DNA of 64,000 bases from Gammaproteobacteria bacterium (GTDB lineage Bacteria; Pseudomonadota; Gammaproteobacteria; Poriferisulfidales; Poriferisulfidaceae), in assembly GCA_026706895.1 (NCBI GenBank), contig JAPOXW010000027.1, positions 72,373 through 136,372 on the forward strand, read 5' to 3'. Within the stretch, counting starts at the first letter, position 1. Each line of letters starts with the position of its first letter. Of the stretch, positions 9,405 to 18,783 are shown piece by piece. The notes under the pieces are model-generated. The model searched no databases. It worked only from the letters and a program-made list of their open reading frames with translations, and was not told the origin of the DNA. The position numbers were made by a program, and so were the translations under genes.

Positions 9405-10654
9405 TGGGAGCGGGCCGCCTGCTTGGCTTGTCTCAATTTTCCGTACTTGAGCAACTCGAGCGCAGCCTGCACCTGGTTATCCTCAAGAATCGTCTCTTTA
9501 ATCGACTGGTTTGAGTTTTCCGATTCGTCTTTCTCCGGCGCGACGAATTCCACCTCGTAGTCCGGCTCGATCCCCTCCTCATGGATCGTCTGTCCGGACG
9601 GCGTGTAGTAGCGCGCCGTGGTCAGCTTGAGTGCAGCATTCTGGTTGTTCAGCGGCACCAGGGTCTGCACCGATCCCTTGCCGAACGTGCGTGTGCCAAG
9701 CAACTTCGCCCGCCCGTTGTCCCGCAAGGCGCCAGCCACGATTTCGGAGGCCGAGGCCGACCCCCCGTTGATCAGCACGACGACCGGCACGCCACCCGTC
9801 TGATCGCCGCTGCCAGCATGTTCCTGGACATTCGACTTCTCCGTGCGCCCTCGGGTGGAAACAATCAATTGCTTATGACTTAAGAAAGCATCCGAAATCT
9901 CGATTGCCGCAGTAAACAACCCTCCCGGGTTATTGCGAAGATCCAGGACGATTCCTTGCAGTTCGTGATCCGATTCGTCCTGCAGCTGCTCCAACTGATC
10001 CATGAAATCAGCGCTGGTGCGGAGCTGGAAGTTGCTGATGCGGAGGTAGGCGTAACCGGGTTCCAAGACCTGCCCGCGCACGCTCTGCACTTTAATGATG
10101 GCCCGAGTGATCTCCACCTCGAAAGACTCCTCGGCATCCTCGCGGGAAACGGTCAGGGTAATGGTGGTCCCGGGCTTTCCGCGCATGATCTGCACGGCAT
10201 CATGCAGGGTCAGGTCGTGCACCGGCTCCCCGTCCAGTTCCAGAATCATGTCGCCGCTGAGGATTCCCGCGCGCTGAGCCGGCGTGTCGTCAATCGGCGA
10301 GACGACCTTGACCGCGCTGTCGTCCTTGTCCTTGGTGACCACGATGCCGAGTCCGCCGAACTCCCCGGAAGTCGTGACTTCCCAATCATCCAGTTCCTCG
10401 CGGTCCAGGTAAGTCGTGTAAGGGTCGAGCTTGGAGGCCATGCCGCGCACGGCGTTGCGCATCAGGGTGCTGTCGTCGACTTCATCGACGTACTGGCGCT
10501 TGATCAGTGCGAAGGCCTCGGAAAAGTTGCGCAGTTCCTGCAGCGAGACGGATGCCTGACTGTCCGGCTTCGCGATAACTGCATGACCCAATGCGCCCGC
10601 AACCACCAACAACAGGGCCGGAATTAGCAGTCCAGAGGGGGGAATTTTGGGCAT
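9401..10654 (-). CDS. ctpA: Carboxy-terminal processing protease (S41)
   Basis: PDZ domain plus S41 protease core (GGLFTAAIEISDAF...SASASEI). Start chosen at MPKIPPSGLL, followed by a signal peptide. Confidence 0.85.
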   Translation of the reverse strand: MPKIPPSGLLIPALLLVVAGALGHAVIAKPDSQASVSLQELRNFSEAFALIKRQYVDEVDDSTLMRNAVRGMASKLDPYTTYLDREELDDWEVTTSGEFGGLGIVVTKDKDDSAVKVVSPIDDTPAQRAGILSGDMILELDGEPVHDLTLHDAVQIMRGKPGTTITLTVSREDAEESFEVEITRAIIKVQSVRGQVLEPGYAYLRISNFQLRTSADFMDQLEQLQDESDHELQGIVLDLRNNPGGLFTAAIEISDAFLSHKQLIVSTRGRTEKSNVQEHAGSGDQTGGVPVVVLINGGSASASEIVAGALRDNGRAKLLGTRTFGKGSVQTLVPLNNQNAALKLTTARYYTPSGQTIHEEGIEPDYEVEFVAPEKDESENSNQSIKETILEDNQVQAALELLKYGKLRQAKQAARSQ

Positions 10655-10827
10655 AATCCCTGAAAAAATAGCGGAAAAGGCATTGTAGAGCAATACTTGA
10701 ATGCGTCAAACCTCCACTTATCGGCCCCAAGCGATAGAGAAAGCCGGTTACAGGCCGGGATGACGGCCTGTAGCCCAGATAAAACTAATGGTATGTGCGA
10801 ATTTTCTAATGTTAGAATGTTTCGGCC

Positions 10828-11154
10828 ATGGCCGCCCGGATCCCCGTGCCCGAACCCCTACATGCGCTTGACGACGATATCGAACGCGCCTGCCACGCGG
10901 TCAAGGGGCTTTCGCATCCGATCCGGCTCAAAGTCCTCTGCGTGCTGGGCGACAGCGAAATGTCGGTCAACGATCTGGCGGCCGCCTGCGAAACCTCGCA
11001 AAGCAATATCTCGCAGCACCTGAGCATCCTCCGACAATGCGGCATCCTGTCCACCCGCAAGGAAGCCAACTTCGTGCACTACCGGATCAACGATCCGCGC
11101 ATGATCCAGTTGATGAACCTGATGCGTGACATGTTCTGTTCTCAGGCACACTGA
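10828..11154 (+). CDS. ArsR/SmtB family transcriptional regulator
   Basis: 108 aa winged-helix HTH (HPIRLKVLCVL...SQSNISQHLSILRQCGIL). Confidence 0.8.
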   Translation: MAARIPVPEPLHALDDDIERACHAVKGLSHPIRLKVLCVLGDSEMSVNDLAAACETSQSNISQHLSILRQCGILSTRKEANFVHYRINDPRMIQLMNLMRDMFCSQAH

Positions 11155-11165
11155 ATATCGGCTTA

Positions 11166-11591
11166 ATGCAGGAATATTTAGACTTCGCGATGCGCCACCC
11201 GTTCCTGATGGGAGCGGTCACGGCATTGATCGCCATGATTGCGGTGACCGAAATACGCCGCTTGTCGCGTCGATACAAGGAGATTACCGCCGCGCAAGCC
11301 GTGCAACTGATGAACCGGGAATCGGCATGGCTACTGGACGTACGGGAAGACCAGGAAGTCAAGGGCAGCGTCATTCCGAATTCCCAGCACATCGCGCTCA
11401 GCGAACTGCCTAAGCGTATCGGGGAGCTGAAAGGACAGGAGGGGCCGGTGATCGCCTATTGCCGGACCGGGATGCAGGCGCATCGAGCCTGCAAGATGCT
11501 GGTGCGAGAGGGATTGGACCCCGTCTACAACCTGAAAGGCGGGATTGGCGGCTGGCAGGAAGCCGGGATGCCGCTGGAGGCCAGTCCGTGA
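11166..11591 (+). CDS. Rhodanese-domain membrane protein (YibN-like)
   Basis: N-terminal TM segment plus rhodanese domain with active-site loop CRTGMQA. Precedes grxC-secB-gpsA as in E. coli. Confidence 0.8.
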   Translation: MQEYLDFAMRHPFLMGAVTALIAMIAVTEIRRLSRRYKEITAAQAVQLMNRESAWLLDVREDQEVKGSVIPNSQHIALSELPKRIGELKGQEGPVIAYCRTGMQAHRACKMLVREGLDPVYNLKGGIGGWQEAGMPLEASP

Positions 11592-11860
11592 GTCGGCCCG
11601 AAGTCGTGCTTTACACGGGCCCCGCCTGCCCGTACTGCGACCGCGCCAAGATGCTGCTGGAACGCAAGGGAGTCTCCTATCAGGAAATCCGCGTGGATCG
11701 GGACCCCGGGGAATTCTCTACCATGCTGGAGCGTAGCGGCGGGTGCCGGTCCGTGCCGCAAATTTTCATCGGGGACTACCACGTGGGCGGTTTCGACGAC
11801 ATGTCCGCACTCAATTTGGAAGGCAAGTTGGATCCATTGCTGGCGGGAGAGCCGGCGTGA
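11588..11860 (+). CDS. grxC: Glutaredoxin 3
   Basis: CPYC active site (YTGPACPYCDRAK). GTG start overlaps the rhodanese stop as GTGA. Confidence 0.85.
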   Translation: MSRPEVVLYTGPACPYCDRAKMLLERKGVSYQEIRVDRDPGEFSTMLERSGGCRSVPQIFIGDYHVGGFDDMSALNLEGKLDPLLAGEPA

Positions 11861-11910
11861 CGAAGAAATCTGCCTCCCTCTCCGGCAAAGGCGCAACCCG
11901 GACGAGACGC

Positions 11911-12384
11911 ATGCAATTCGTAGAACACCATGGCAGTTCGACGTTTGCGGTCGAGCACATCTGCCTGCGCCACGCCGAGTTCAAGACGGTGCGCGAACCC
12001 GGGGAGCTTGTTGAGGGCCAGTTCGAAACCAAGGCGCGGATCAGCAACGAAACGGTCTCGTTGGATGACGACCGCCATTCGGTCTCCCTGATCGTCAACG
12101 TGACGCGGCTGGAAGATGAGACGGAGGTATTCAGTTGCGAGGTCTGCTATACCGGCGTTTTCCTGATCCAGGGCTTGTCCGAGGAGAAAGGTCATGAACT
12201 GCTGATGACCCGGTGTCTGGACATGCTCTACCCTTACATCAGTTCGACGATCGCGCAACTGGCAAGCCAGGCCGGTTTCCAGGGCCTGCAACTCGTTCCC
12301 ATCAGTTTCGGGGCGTTGTACCGGAGCGAGCAGCGCGAAAAACAGCAGTGGGAAGACATCCAGGACAAGGTGGTTCGCCACTGA
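11911..12384 (+). CDS. secB: Protein-export chaperone SecB
   Basis: 157 aa from the ATG at 11911. Aligns with E. coli SecB: TFAVEH.C...EF with TFQIQRIYTKDISFE, ETEVFSCEVCYTGVFLIQG with ETAFLCEVQQGGIFSIAG, and LYPY/VPISFGALY. Confidence 0.8.
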   Translation: MQFVEHHGSSTFAVEHICLRHAEFKTVREPGELVEGQFETKARISNETVSLDDDRHSVSLIVNVTRLEDETEVFSCEVCYTGVFLIQGLSEEKGHELLMTRCLDMLYPYISSTIAQLASQAGFQGLQLVPISFGALYRSEQREKQQWEDIQDKVVRH

Positions 12385-12394
12385 CATTCCCGGC

Positions 12395-13387
12395 ATGAAA
12401 ATTTCGATTCTGGGGCAGGGCGCATGGGGCACGGCGCTCGCCTTTCACGTATCCCAGGCCCATGCGGTGCGCTGGTGGGGCCGCGACTCGGCCCGATGCC
12501 GGACACTGGCGAGCACTCGATTGAACGAGGCCGCCCTCCCGGGTTGCGTCATCCCGGATTCCATCCAGATCACGGAAGACATCCAGGCCTGCGTGGAGGA
12601 CTGCGACTGGGTCGTCATGGCCGTACCGGCTGCGGCAACAGCCGAAGTCGCCGCACAACTGCAACCGGTCTCCCGGTTCGGGCTGATCTGGACCTGCAAG
12701 GGAATGGATCCGGACAGCGGCCGGATGCCCGGTGAGATCCTGGATGACGTCTTGGGTCCGGGAACGCAGCGCGCCATCCTGTCAGGGCCTTCTTTCGCGG
12801 ACGACCTTGCGGCAGGGCTGCCGGCAGCCGCGGTCATGGCAGCGACAGACCCAGAGGTCGCCGAGGCAGCCGCCACGGTGTTTCATCATGGCCCGTTTCG
12901 AATCTATCCGGGAACGGACCCGGTCGGTGTCCAACTCGGCGGCGCAGTGAAAAACGTTCTGGCGATCGCCGCCGGCATTGCGCACGGACTGCGGCTCGGC
13001 GACAGTGCCCGCGCCGCGTTGATCACCCGCGGCATCAACGAAATGATGGTGCTGGGCAAGGCACTGGGAGCGAATCAGTCCACCTTGTCCGGCCTGTCCG
13101 GTCTGGGTGATCTTGTGTTGACCTGCTCCAGCGCCCATTCGCGCAATTTCCGCTTGGGCCAACTGATCGGCGAAGGTCAATCGGTTGAACAGGCCAGCAC
13201 TACAATCGGGCAGGTCACCGAGGGGCGGCACACCGCCCTCGCGTTGTCTCGGCTAAGCCAGGATCATGGACTGGAACTGCCCATCTGCGAACAGGTTCGG
13301 CAGGTGCTGGCGGGGGCTATCCGCCCAGCCCAAGCGGTCGAGGCCTTGCTGACACGTCCGGCCAAGTTCGAGGTTCTGCATGCCTGA
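12395..13387 (+). CDS. gpsA: NAD(P)H-dependent glycerol-3-phosphate dehydrogenase
   Basis: MKISILGQGAWGTALA Rossmann N-terminus. Conserved position after secB. Confidence 0.9.
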   Translation: MKISILGQGAWGTALAFHVSQAHAVRWWGRDSARCRTLASTRLNEAALPGCVIPDSIQITEDIQACVEDCDWVVMAVPAAATAEVAAQLQPVSRFGLIWTCKGMDPDSGRMPGEILDDVLGPGTQRAILSGPSFADDLAAGLPAAAVMAATDPEVAEAAATVFHHGPFRIYPGTDPVGVQLGGAVKNVLAIAAGIAHGLRLGDSARAALITRGINEMMVLGKALGANQSTLSGLSGLGDLVLTCSSAHSRNFRLGQLIGEGQSVEQASTTIGQVTEGRHTALALSRLSQDHGLELPICEQVRQVLAGAIRPAQAVEALLTRPAKFEVLHA

Positions 13388-14333
13388 CAAAGACCCGCTT
13401 TCCATCGATTTTTCCGGCCTGTCCCTGAAGACCCCTCTGGTCCTGCTCTCGGGCTGCGTCGGTTTCGGCGACGAGTACACCCGGGTCGAAGGCTTTTCGC
13501 ACGACGAGATTGGAGCGATTTGTCTCAAGGGAACCACTCTCGAACCCCGCCTGGGCAACCGGCCGCACCGATTGGCGGAAACCCCGGACGGCCTGCTGAA
13601 CTCGATTGGTCTGCAGAATCCCGGCGTGGATGCGGTCATCCGCGATGTGCTGCCGACCCTGGATTTCTCCGCCACCCGCTTCCTCGCCAACGTGTCTGGA
13701 GCCACCGTCGAGGAATACGCTGAGGTCACACGGCGCTTCGACGACTCCCCGATCGACGGCATCGAGGTCAACATCTCGTGCCCCAACGTCAAGGCCGGCG
13801 GCATGGAATTCGGCAATGACCCGAAAATGTCGGCGGTCGTGGTTGATGCCTGCCGAAAGGCGACCCCCAAGCCGCTGATTATCAAAATGTCGCCGAATCA
13901 GACCGACATCCGTGCCAATACGCGCGCCTGCCTGGAAGCGGGAGCTGACGCATTCGCGGTCATCAACACGGTCTCCGGCATGGCCATCGACGCCGAGTCC
14001 CGTTCCGCCGTGCTGGGTGCAAAACAGGGAGGATTATCCGGGCCTGCCATCAAACCCATCGCCCTCCTCAAGGTGCATGAGGTCTACCAGGAAACCGTAG
14101 CCCACGGCATTCCGATCATCGGTCAAGGGGGCGTGGTTTCGACAACGGACGCGCTGGAATTCCTGATTGCTGGCGCTTCGGCGGTGGGGATCGGCACCGG
14201 GCTGTTCTACGACCCGTTGGCCTGCCGTTCGATCAACGGGGGTATTCGCGACTACCTGCTGCGCCACGACCTTGGTTCGGTTGCGGAACTGACTGGCACC
14301 TTGGATTTCAGCGACGCTCAGTCTTCCGAATAG
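13380..14333 (+). CDS. Dihydroorotate dehydrogenase family protein (class 1-like)
   Basis: SIGLQNPG, NISCPN and GGL TIM-barrel flavoenzyme motifs of the class 1 DHOD/DHPD catalytic subunit family. Confidence 0.65.
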   Translation: MPDKDPLSIDFSGLSLKTPLVLLSGCVGFGDEYTRVEGFSHDEIGAICLKGTTLEPRLGNRPHRLAETPDGLLNSIGLQNPGVDAVIRDVLPTLDFSATRFLANVSGATVEEYAEVTRRFDDSPIDGIEVNISCPNVKAGGMEFGNDPKMSAVVVDACRKATPKPLIIKMSPNQTDIRANTRACLEAGADAFAVINTVSGMAIDAESRSAVLGAKQGGLSGPAIKPIALLKVHEVYQETVAHGIPIIGQGGVVSTTDALEFLIAGASAVGIGTGLFYDPLACRSINGGIRDYLLRHDLGSVAELTGTLDFSDAQSSE

Positions 14334-15178
14334 CCAAGCCGCTCAAGCAGACCCTGCAGCGAATCATCGCTGCTGTAATGCAGCACCAAGTTGCCGCCTT
14401 TTCTCCCGGGACGGAGGGTGACCGGGCACCCCAGATGATCTGACAGCCGTTGCTGGAGTCGCGTTAAATCCGGATCCGGCTCCGAATCGCTGGAAGATTT
14501 GGTTTTCTTGGTTTTCTGCGCCCGGCGCTCCGTCGCCCGAACCGACAAGTCCTCGTCCTGAATGGCTTGCGCCAGTTTTTTCTGGCGATTGACCGGCAAT
14601 GGCACTAAGACCCGGGCATGCCCCATGCTGATCTTGCCGTCCCGAACCAGCTGTTGGACTTCCGGGCAAAGTTCGAGCAAGCGAATCAGGTTGGTGACGG
14701 TGGCGCGCGCCCGGCCGACCTGCTCGGCGACTTGCTCGTGAGTCTGATCCAGGCGTTCGGCCAACCCGCGCAACGCCTGGGCCTCATCGATGGGATTGAG
14801 GTCTTCCCGCTGGATGTTTTCGATCAGGGTAATCGTCGCGGCCTCGTCGTCGGACAAGTCGCGGACGATCGCCGGCAGGGATTCGAGTCCAGCGGCACGG
14901 GCGGCGCGTAGCCTCCGCTCTCCCGCCACCAGTTCGTATTGCCCTCCGACCCGGCGCACCACAACCGGTTGGATCGCGCCACGCTCTTTCAGCGAGGCAG
15001 CCAAGGACTCGATCGCTTGATCGTCGAATTGAGTTCGCGGCTGGTACGGACTCGTACGCAACCGACTCAGCGGGATGTCCTGAAGTTCCGAATCGTCGCG
15101 TTTATCAACCGGCTCGGGCCGAGAACTCAGCAGGACGTCGACCCCTGCTCCCAAGCGGCGTTTCGGAGGATTGCTCAT
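14318..15178 (-). CDS. parB: Chromosome partitioning protein ParB
   Basis: ParB box GERRLRAA and HTH region. Lies downstream of parA. Confidence 0.9.
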   Translation of the reverse strand: MSNPPKRRLGAGVDVLLSSRPEPVDKRDDSELQDIPLSRLRTSPYQPRTQFDDQAIESLAASLKERGAIQPVVVRRVGGQYELVAGERRLRAARAAGLESLPAIVRDLSDDEAATITLIENIQREDLNPIDEAQALRGLAERLDQTHEQVAEQVGRARATVTNLIRLLELCPEVQQLVRDGKISMGHARVLVPLPVNRQKKLAQAIQDEDLSVRATERRAQKTKKTKSSSDSEPDPDLTRLQQRLSDHLGCPVTLRPGRKGGNLVLHYSSDDSLQGLLERLGYSED

Positions 15179-15954
15179 AGGGTGAAACCGGATTCGGAGC
15201 GTTCGCGGCGCAGGATTTCGCCTGCCAACATCAGATATGCGACAGCACCCCGGCTCGACGGGTCGTAGGACGAGACCGGCCGCCCATGACTGGGAGCTTC
15301 GGCCAACGTGACATTGCGAGGGATCATGGTGCGATAAACCTGTCCGCCAAAATGTTCTACAAGTGCTTCGGAAACTTCGCGGGATAGTTTGTTGCGTGGG
15401 TCGTACATGGTACGCAGGATTCCCGCAATGGCAAGTTTCCGGTTCGCTTGACGGGAAATCTGGGTGATGGTGTCAAGCAAAGCGCTCAACCCCTCCAAAG
15501 CGTAGAACTCGCACTGGGTCGGCACGATCACACGGTCGGCAACCACCAGGGCGTTGATCGTCAGGATGTTCAACGACGGAGGGCAATCGACGAGAATGTA
15601 GTCGTCCGTGCGATCAACCAGCGCCTCACGCAGCCGGTACTCGCGCTGGTCTTCCGCCACGAGCCGCACTTCGGCTTCGGTCAGGTCGGGTCCGGCCGGC
15701 ACCAGGTCGAATCCCCCGTGGGGCGCAGCCATGCGCACTTCGGCAATCGAAGCGCCTTCCAGCAGAACATCCGCGCAGCTTTGCGCCAAGTCGTTCTTGT
15801 TCAAGCCGCAACCGGTCGTGGCATTGCCCTGGGGGTCCAGGTCGACCAGCAAGACCTTTTTGCCGGCAGAGGTCAGCGAAGCCGCCAAGTTGATGGCAGT
15901 GGTGGTTTTACCGACTCCGCCTTTCTGGTTGCAGATGGCGAATACCTGGGTCAT
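15175..15954 (-). CDS. parA: Chromosome partitioning ATPase ParA/Soj
   Basis: Start chosen at MTQVFAICNQKGGVGKTTT (deviant Walker A). Its ATG overlaps the rsmG stop as ATGA. Confidence 0.9.
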   Translation of the reverse strand: MTQVFAICNQKGGVGKTTTAINLAASLTSAGKKVLLVDLDPQGNATTGCGLNKNDLAQSCADVLLEGASIAEVRMAAPHGGFDLVPAGPDLTEAEVRLVAEDQREYRLREALVDRTDDYILVDCPPSLNILTINALVVADRVIVPTQCEFYALEGLSALLDTITQISRQANRKLAIAGILRTMYDPRNKLSREVSEALVEHFGGQVYRTMIPRNVTLAEAPSHGRPVSSYDPSSRGAVAYLMLAGEILRRERSESGFTL

Positions 15955-16613
15955 GAGCCCTCCGCGGCGGCATCCGAAGGGCGAAGCACAACCACCGTTC
16001 GGGTCGAAGAGCCGGCAGTCGATTTCTCCAGCTTCATGACCGAAGCGTTCCACCCTTGCGGAAGCTCATGCAGTTCCCGTTCGACGTTCAGACCTTTTGG
16101 AAACAAGTAAACTCCCTCTGTACCGATCAGGTGTTCGCTGCATCGGACAAGTTCCCCCAGCGAACCCACTGCCCGAGCCATGATGCATTCGAACGGGGCG
16201 CCCTGGTAATGCCCAACTTCGCCCGTGACGACCTCGACATTAGGCAGATCCAGTTCCAACTTTACCTGTCGGACGAAGCGGGTTTTCTTGCGGCTGCGGT
16301 CGAGCAGCACGAATTGACGTTCGGGATGGACCACGGCCAGTGGCAAGCCCGGCAACCCGGCGCCAGTGCCAAAATCCAGAATCCGGCATGCATCGGGCGG
16401 AAGAAAATTGGAAAGCACGAGAGAATCCAAGAGGTGCCGCGGCACGATTTCCGGCAGGGTGCGAGCGCCGATCAGGTTGTAGGCCCGGTTCCACTGCGCG
16501 ACAAGCCTACAGTAAGTCGACAGGGTCTTGATTTGCGACGAGGAGAGATCCAGCTCGGAGATTCCCCGAATGCCTGCCTTCAATTGGCGCTCTAATACGC
16601 TTTCCGACGGCAA
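15951..16613 (-). CDS. rsmG: 16S rRNA (guanine527-N7)-methyltransferase RsmG (GidB)
   Basis: Aligns with E. coli RsmG (WNRAYNL, DxGxGxGxPG AdoMet motif in DFGTGAGLPGLPLA). The start is uncertain: I chose the TTG at 16613, while the ORF extends in-frame to 16700. Confidence 0.8.
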   Translation of the reverse strand: MPSESVLERQLKAGIRGISELDLSSSQIKTLSTYCRLVAQWNRAYNLIGARTLPEIVPRHLLDSLVLSNFLPPDACRILDFGTGAGLPGLPLAVVHPERQFVLLDRSRKKTRFVRQVKLELDLPNVEVVTGEVGHYQGAPFECIMARAVGSLGELVRCSEHLIGTEGVYLFPKGLNVERELHELPQGWNASVMKLEKSTAGSSTRTVVVLRPSDAAAEGS

Positions 16614-16701
16614 ACCGGAAGTCGCGGAAACGGTCCGAGAACGGCGCGTTTGACGAGAAGGCTCCCGGGCACGGGAAGGAAGGGCCCTGCCTTCCCCCAT
16701 G

Positions 16702-18534
16702 TCAGAGAACCTGTTGCCGGGTGCCGTCGGCCTTCAAGTGGATCTTCAGGATCGCGACGGCGGCAGGCGTCACTCCGGGAATACGTGCAGCCTGCCCTAG
16801 CGTGGCGGGCCGGCAATGGCTCAACTTTTCTCGCGCCTCGTGGGACAAGGCGGTGATCGACCGGTAGTCGATTCCTTCCGGCAAGCGGCGGGTCTCATCC
16901 TGCTTGAGCCGTTCGATCTCGTGTCGATGCCGACGGATATATCCTTCGTAGCGCAGTTCGATCTCCGCCTGACGACCGATCTCGGGGCTGGCCGGCTCGT
17001 ATGCCGGAAGCATCGAGACGGCTTCCGCATAGTTCGTTTCGGGACGCCGCAGAACATCGGCCAAACTGTCTTCGCCCAGCCGAGTAGCCCGCAATCGTCC
17101 CAATTCCTGCTCCAGCGAATCACGCCGCTTGCAGAAAAGATCCCAGTGCGCGTCGCAGACCAAGCCCAACTTGCGCCCGGTCTCGGTCAGGCGCAGATCG
17201 GCATTGTCCTCCCGAAGGGTCAAGCGGTATTCGGCGCGGCTGGTGAACATGCGGTACGGCTCATCCACGCCCCGGGTAATCAGGTCATCGACCAGAACGC
17301 CGGCATAGGCCTCGTCGCGGCGCGGCCACCAAGCCTCGCGGCCCAAGCTTTGGGTCGCCGCGTTATAACCTGCAAGCAATCCCTGCGCCGCTGCTTCTTC
17401 GTAACCGGTTGTGCCGTTGATCTGTCCTGCCAGATACAGGCCGGGCAGGGCCTTGCACTGCAAGGTCGGGCGCAATTGCCGCGGATCGAAGAAATCGTAT
17501 TCGATGGCATAGCCGTAACGTGTCAGCTGCACTTCCTCAAACCCCGGAATGGTCCGGACGAACTGTTCTTGCACTTCGGCAGGCAGGCTGGTGGAGATCC
17601 CATTGGGATAAATCACGTCGGTATCCAGGCCTTCGGGCTCGATAAATACTTGGTGGGACGGTCGTTCGGCAAAACGAACCACTTTGTCCTCGACCGAGGG
17701 ACAATAGCGCGGCCCACGGCTGTCAATGGCCCCCGTATGCATCGGCGACTGGTGCAAATGTGCGCGAATCAGTTCGTGAGTAGCCTCTGTCGTCCGGGTC
17801 AGATGGCAGGACACCTGCCGCGGGTGCACATCCGGCGGGCTGAACCGGGACAAAGGCGGCGGCGGGATTTCGCCTGGCTGGACAGAAGTCTTGACCCAAT
17901 CAATGGTTTGGCCGTCCAAACGGGGAGGGGTTCCGGTCTTGAGCCGCCCGACATCGGGCAACAGTTCACGCAACCGGTGCGCGAGGAGCAGGGACGGAGG
18001 GTCTCCGGCCCGACCTCCCTGAGTCTGTTCAGCCCCGATATGAATCGCGCCATCCAGGAATGTGCCGGTGGACAACACCACCGCAGACGCCTCGATGCGG
18101 TCGCCTTCTTCGGTGAGAATACCGCCTACCTTGCCGTCCCGCACGATCAGGTCGCCAACCGCAATTGATCGAACCTCCAGGTTTTGGGCTTCGGTAACGA
18201 AGCCCTGGATCGCCTCGCGGTAGAGCTTGCGATCAGTCTGAGCGCGGGTGGCGTGTACCGCGGGGCCTTTTCTCCGGTTAAGCACTCGGACATGAATGCC
18301 GGCACGATCCGCTGCCTGCGCCATCACCCCGCCCAGCGCATCAATTTCACGCACCAGATGGCTCTTCCCGATACCGCCAATCGCCGGGTTGCAGCTCATT
18401 TGTCCGATTCCGTCGAAACGGTGAGTCAAAAGCAGGGTGCGCGCGCCGGTGCGCGCAGACGCAAGCGCCGCCTCCACGCCGGCGTGGCCGCCGCCGATGA
18501 CTAGAACGTCCCAAATGCGATTTGTGGCTGTCAT
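16702..18534 (-). CDS. mnmG: tRNA uridine 5-carboxymethylaminomethyl modification enzyme MnmG (GidA)
   Basis: 610 aa with FAD-binding N-terminus ([15 protein letters not shown]) and the conserved MnmG core. Upstream of rsmG-parAB. Confidence 0.95.
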   Translation of the reverse strand: MTATNRIWDVLVIGGGHAGVEAALASARTGARTLLLTHRFDGIGQMSCNPAIGGIGKSHLVREIDALGGVMAQAADRAGIHVRVLNRRKGPAVHATRAQTDRKLYREAIQGFVTEAQNLEVRSIAVGDLIVRDGKVGGILTEEGDRIEASAVVLSTGTFLDGAIHIGAEQTQGGRAGDPPSLLLAHRLRELLPDVGRLKTGTPPRLDGQTIDWVKTSVQPGEIPPPPLSRFSPPDVHPRQVSCHLTRTTEATHELIRAHLHQSPMHTGAIDSRGPRYCPSVEDKVVRFAERPSHQVFIEPEGLDTDVIYPNGISTSLPAEVQEQFVRTIPGFEEVQLTRYGYAIEYDFFDPRQLRPTLQCKALPGLYLAGQINGTTGYEEAAAQGLLAGYNAATQSLGREAWWPRRDEAYAGVLVDDLITRGVDEPYRMFTSRAEYRLTLREDNADLRLTETGRKLGLVCDAHWDLFCKRRDSLEQELGRLRATRLGEDSLADVLRRPETNYAEAVSMLPAYEPASPEIGRQAEIELRYEGYIRRHRHEIERLKQDETRRLPEGIDYRSITALSHEAREKLSHCRPATLGQAARIPGVTPAAVAILKIHLKADGTRQQVL

Positions 18535-18651
18535 TGCGCCACTTAATATACTGCCAATCCCGAAATGGAAGGCGTTGATTTTGGCTTTTGCAAAAAGTAC
18601 GCAACGAAGTTACTCGAATTCCCGGATGTTTTCCAAGAAAATTGATAGAAG

Positions 18652-18718
18652 AGTGTCAATAAGTGTCAACAATCCAGTTTCTGACAGATTTTGACAGATA
18701 AGTGTCAATAAGTGTCAA
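18652..18718. repeat. Iteron array: four copies of GTGTCAA (as two GTGTCAA-TAA-GTGTCAA units) flanking two TGACAGAT copies
   Basis: Read directly from sequence. AGTGTCAATAAGTGTCAA occurs at 18652-18669 and 18701-18718. TGACAGAT occurs at 18682-18689 and 18692-18699. Flanking AAAATTGATAG repeats lie at 18638-18648 and 18727-18737. Confidence 0.7.
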
Positions 18719-18719
18719 A

Positions 18720-18748
18720 TTTATAAAAATTGATAGTTATGGTATAAT
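18720..18748 (+). promoter_or_regulatory. Sigma70-type promoter for the Fic gene with extended -10
   Basis: -35 TTTATA (18720-18725), a 17-nt spacer, TGG then TATAAT (18740-18748). About 35 nt upstream of the Fic ATG. Confidence 0.45.
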
Positions 18749-18783
18749 GTGGCCATCAGTCACAGTAATAACCATTCGACTCC

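Noticed and set aside
18535-18783. Possibility that the mnmG-upstream iteron region is oriC
   Set aside because: There are no TTATCCACA-type DnaA boxes, no GATC clustering and no AT-rich 13-mer DUE-like repeats. The repeats sit exactly at a promoter, so a regulatory role is more parsimonious.
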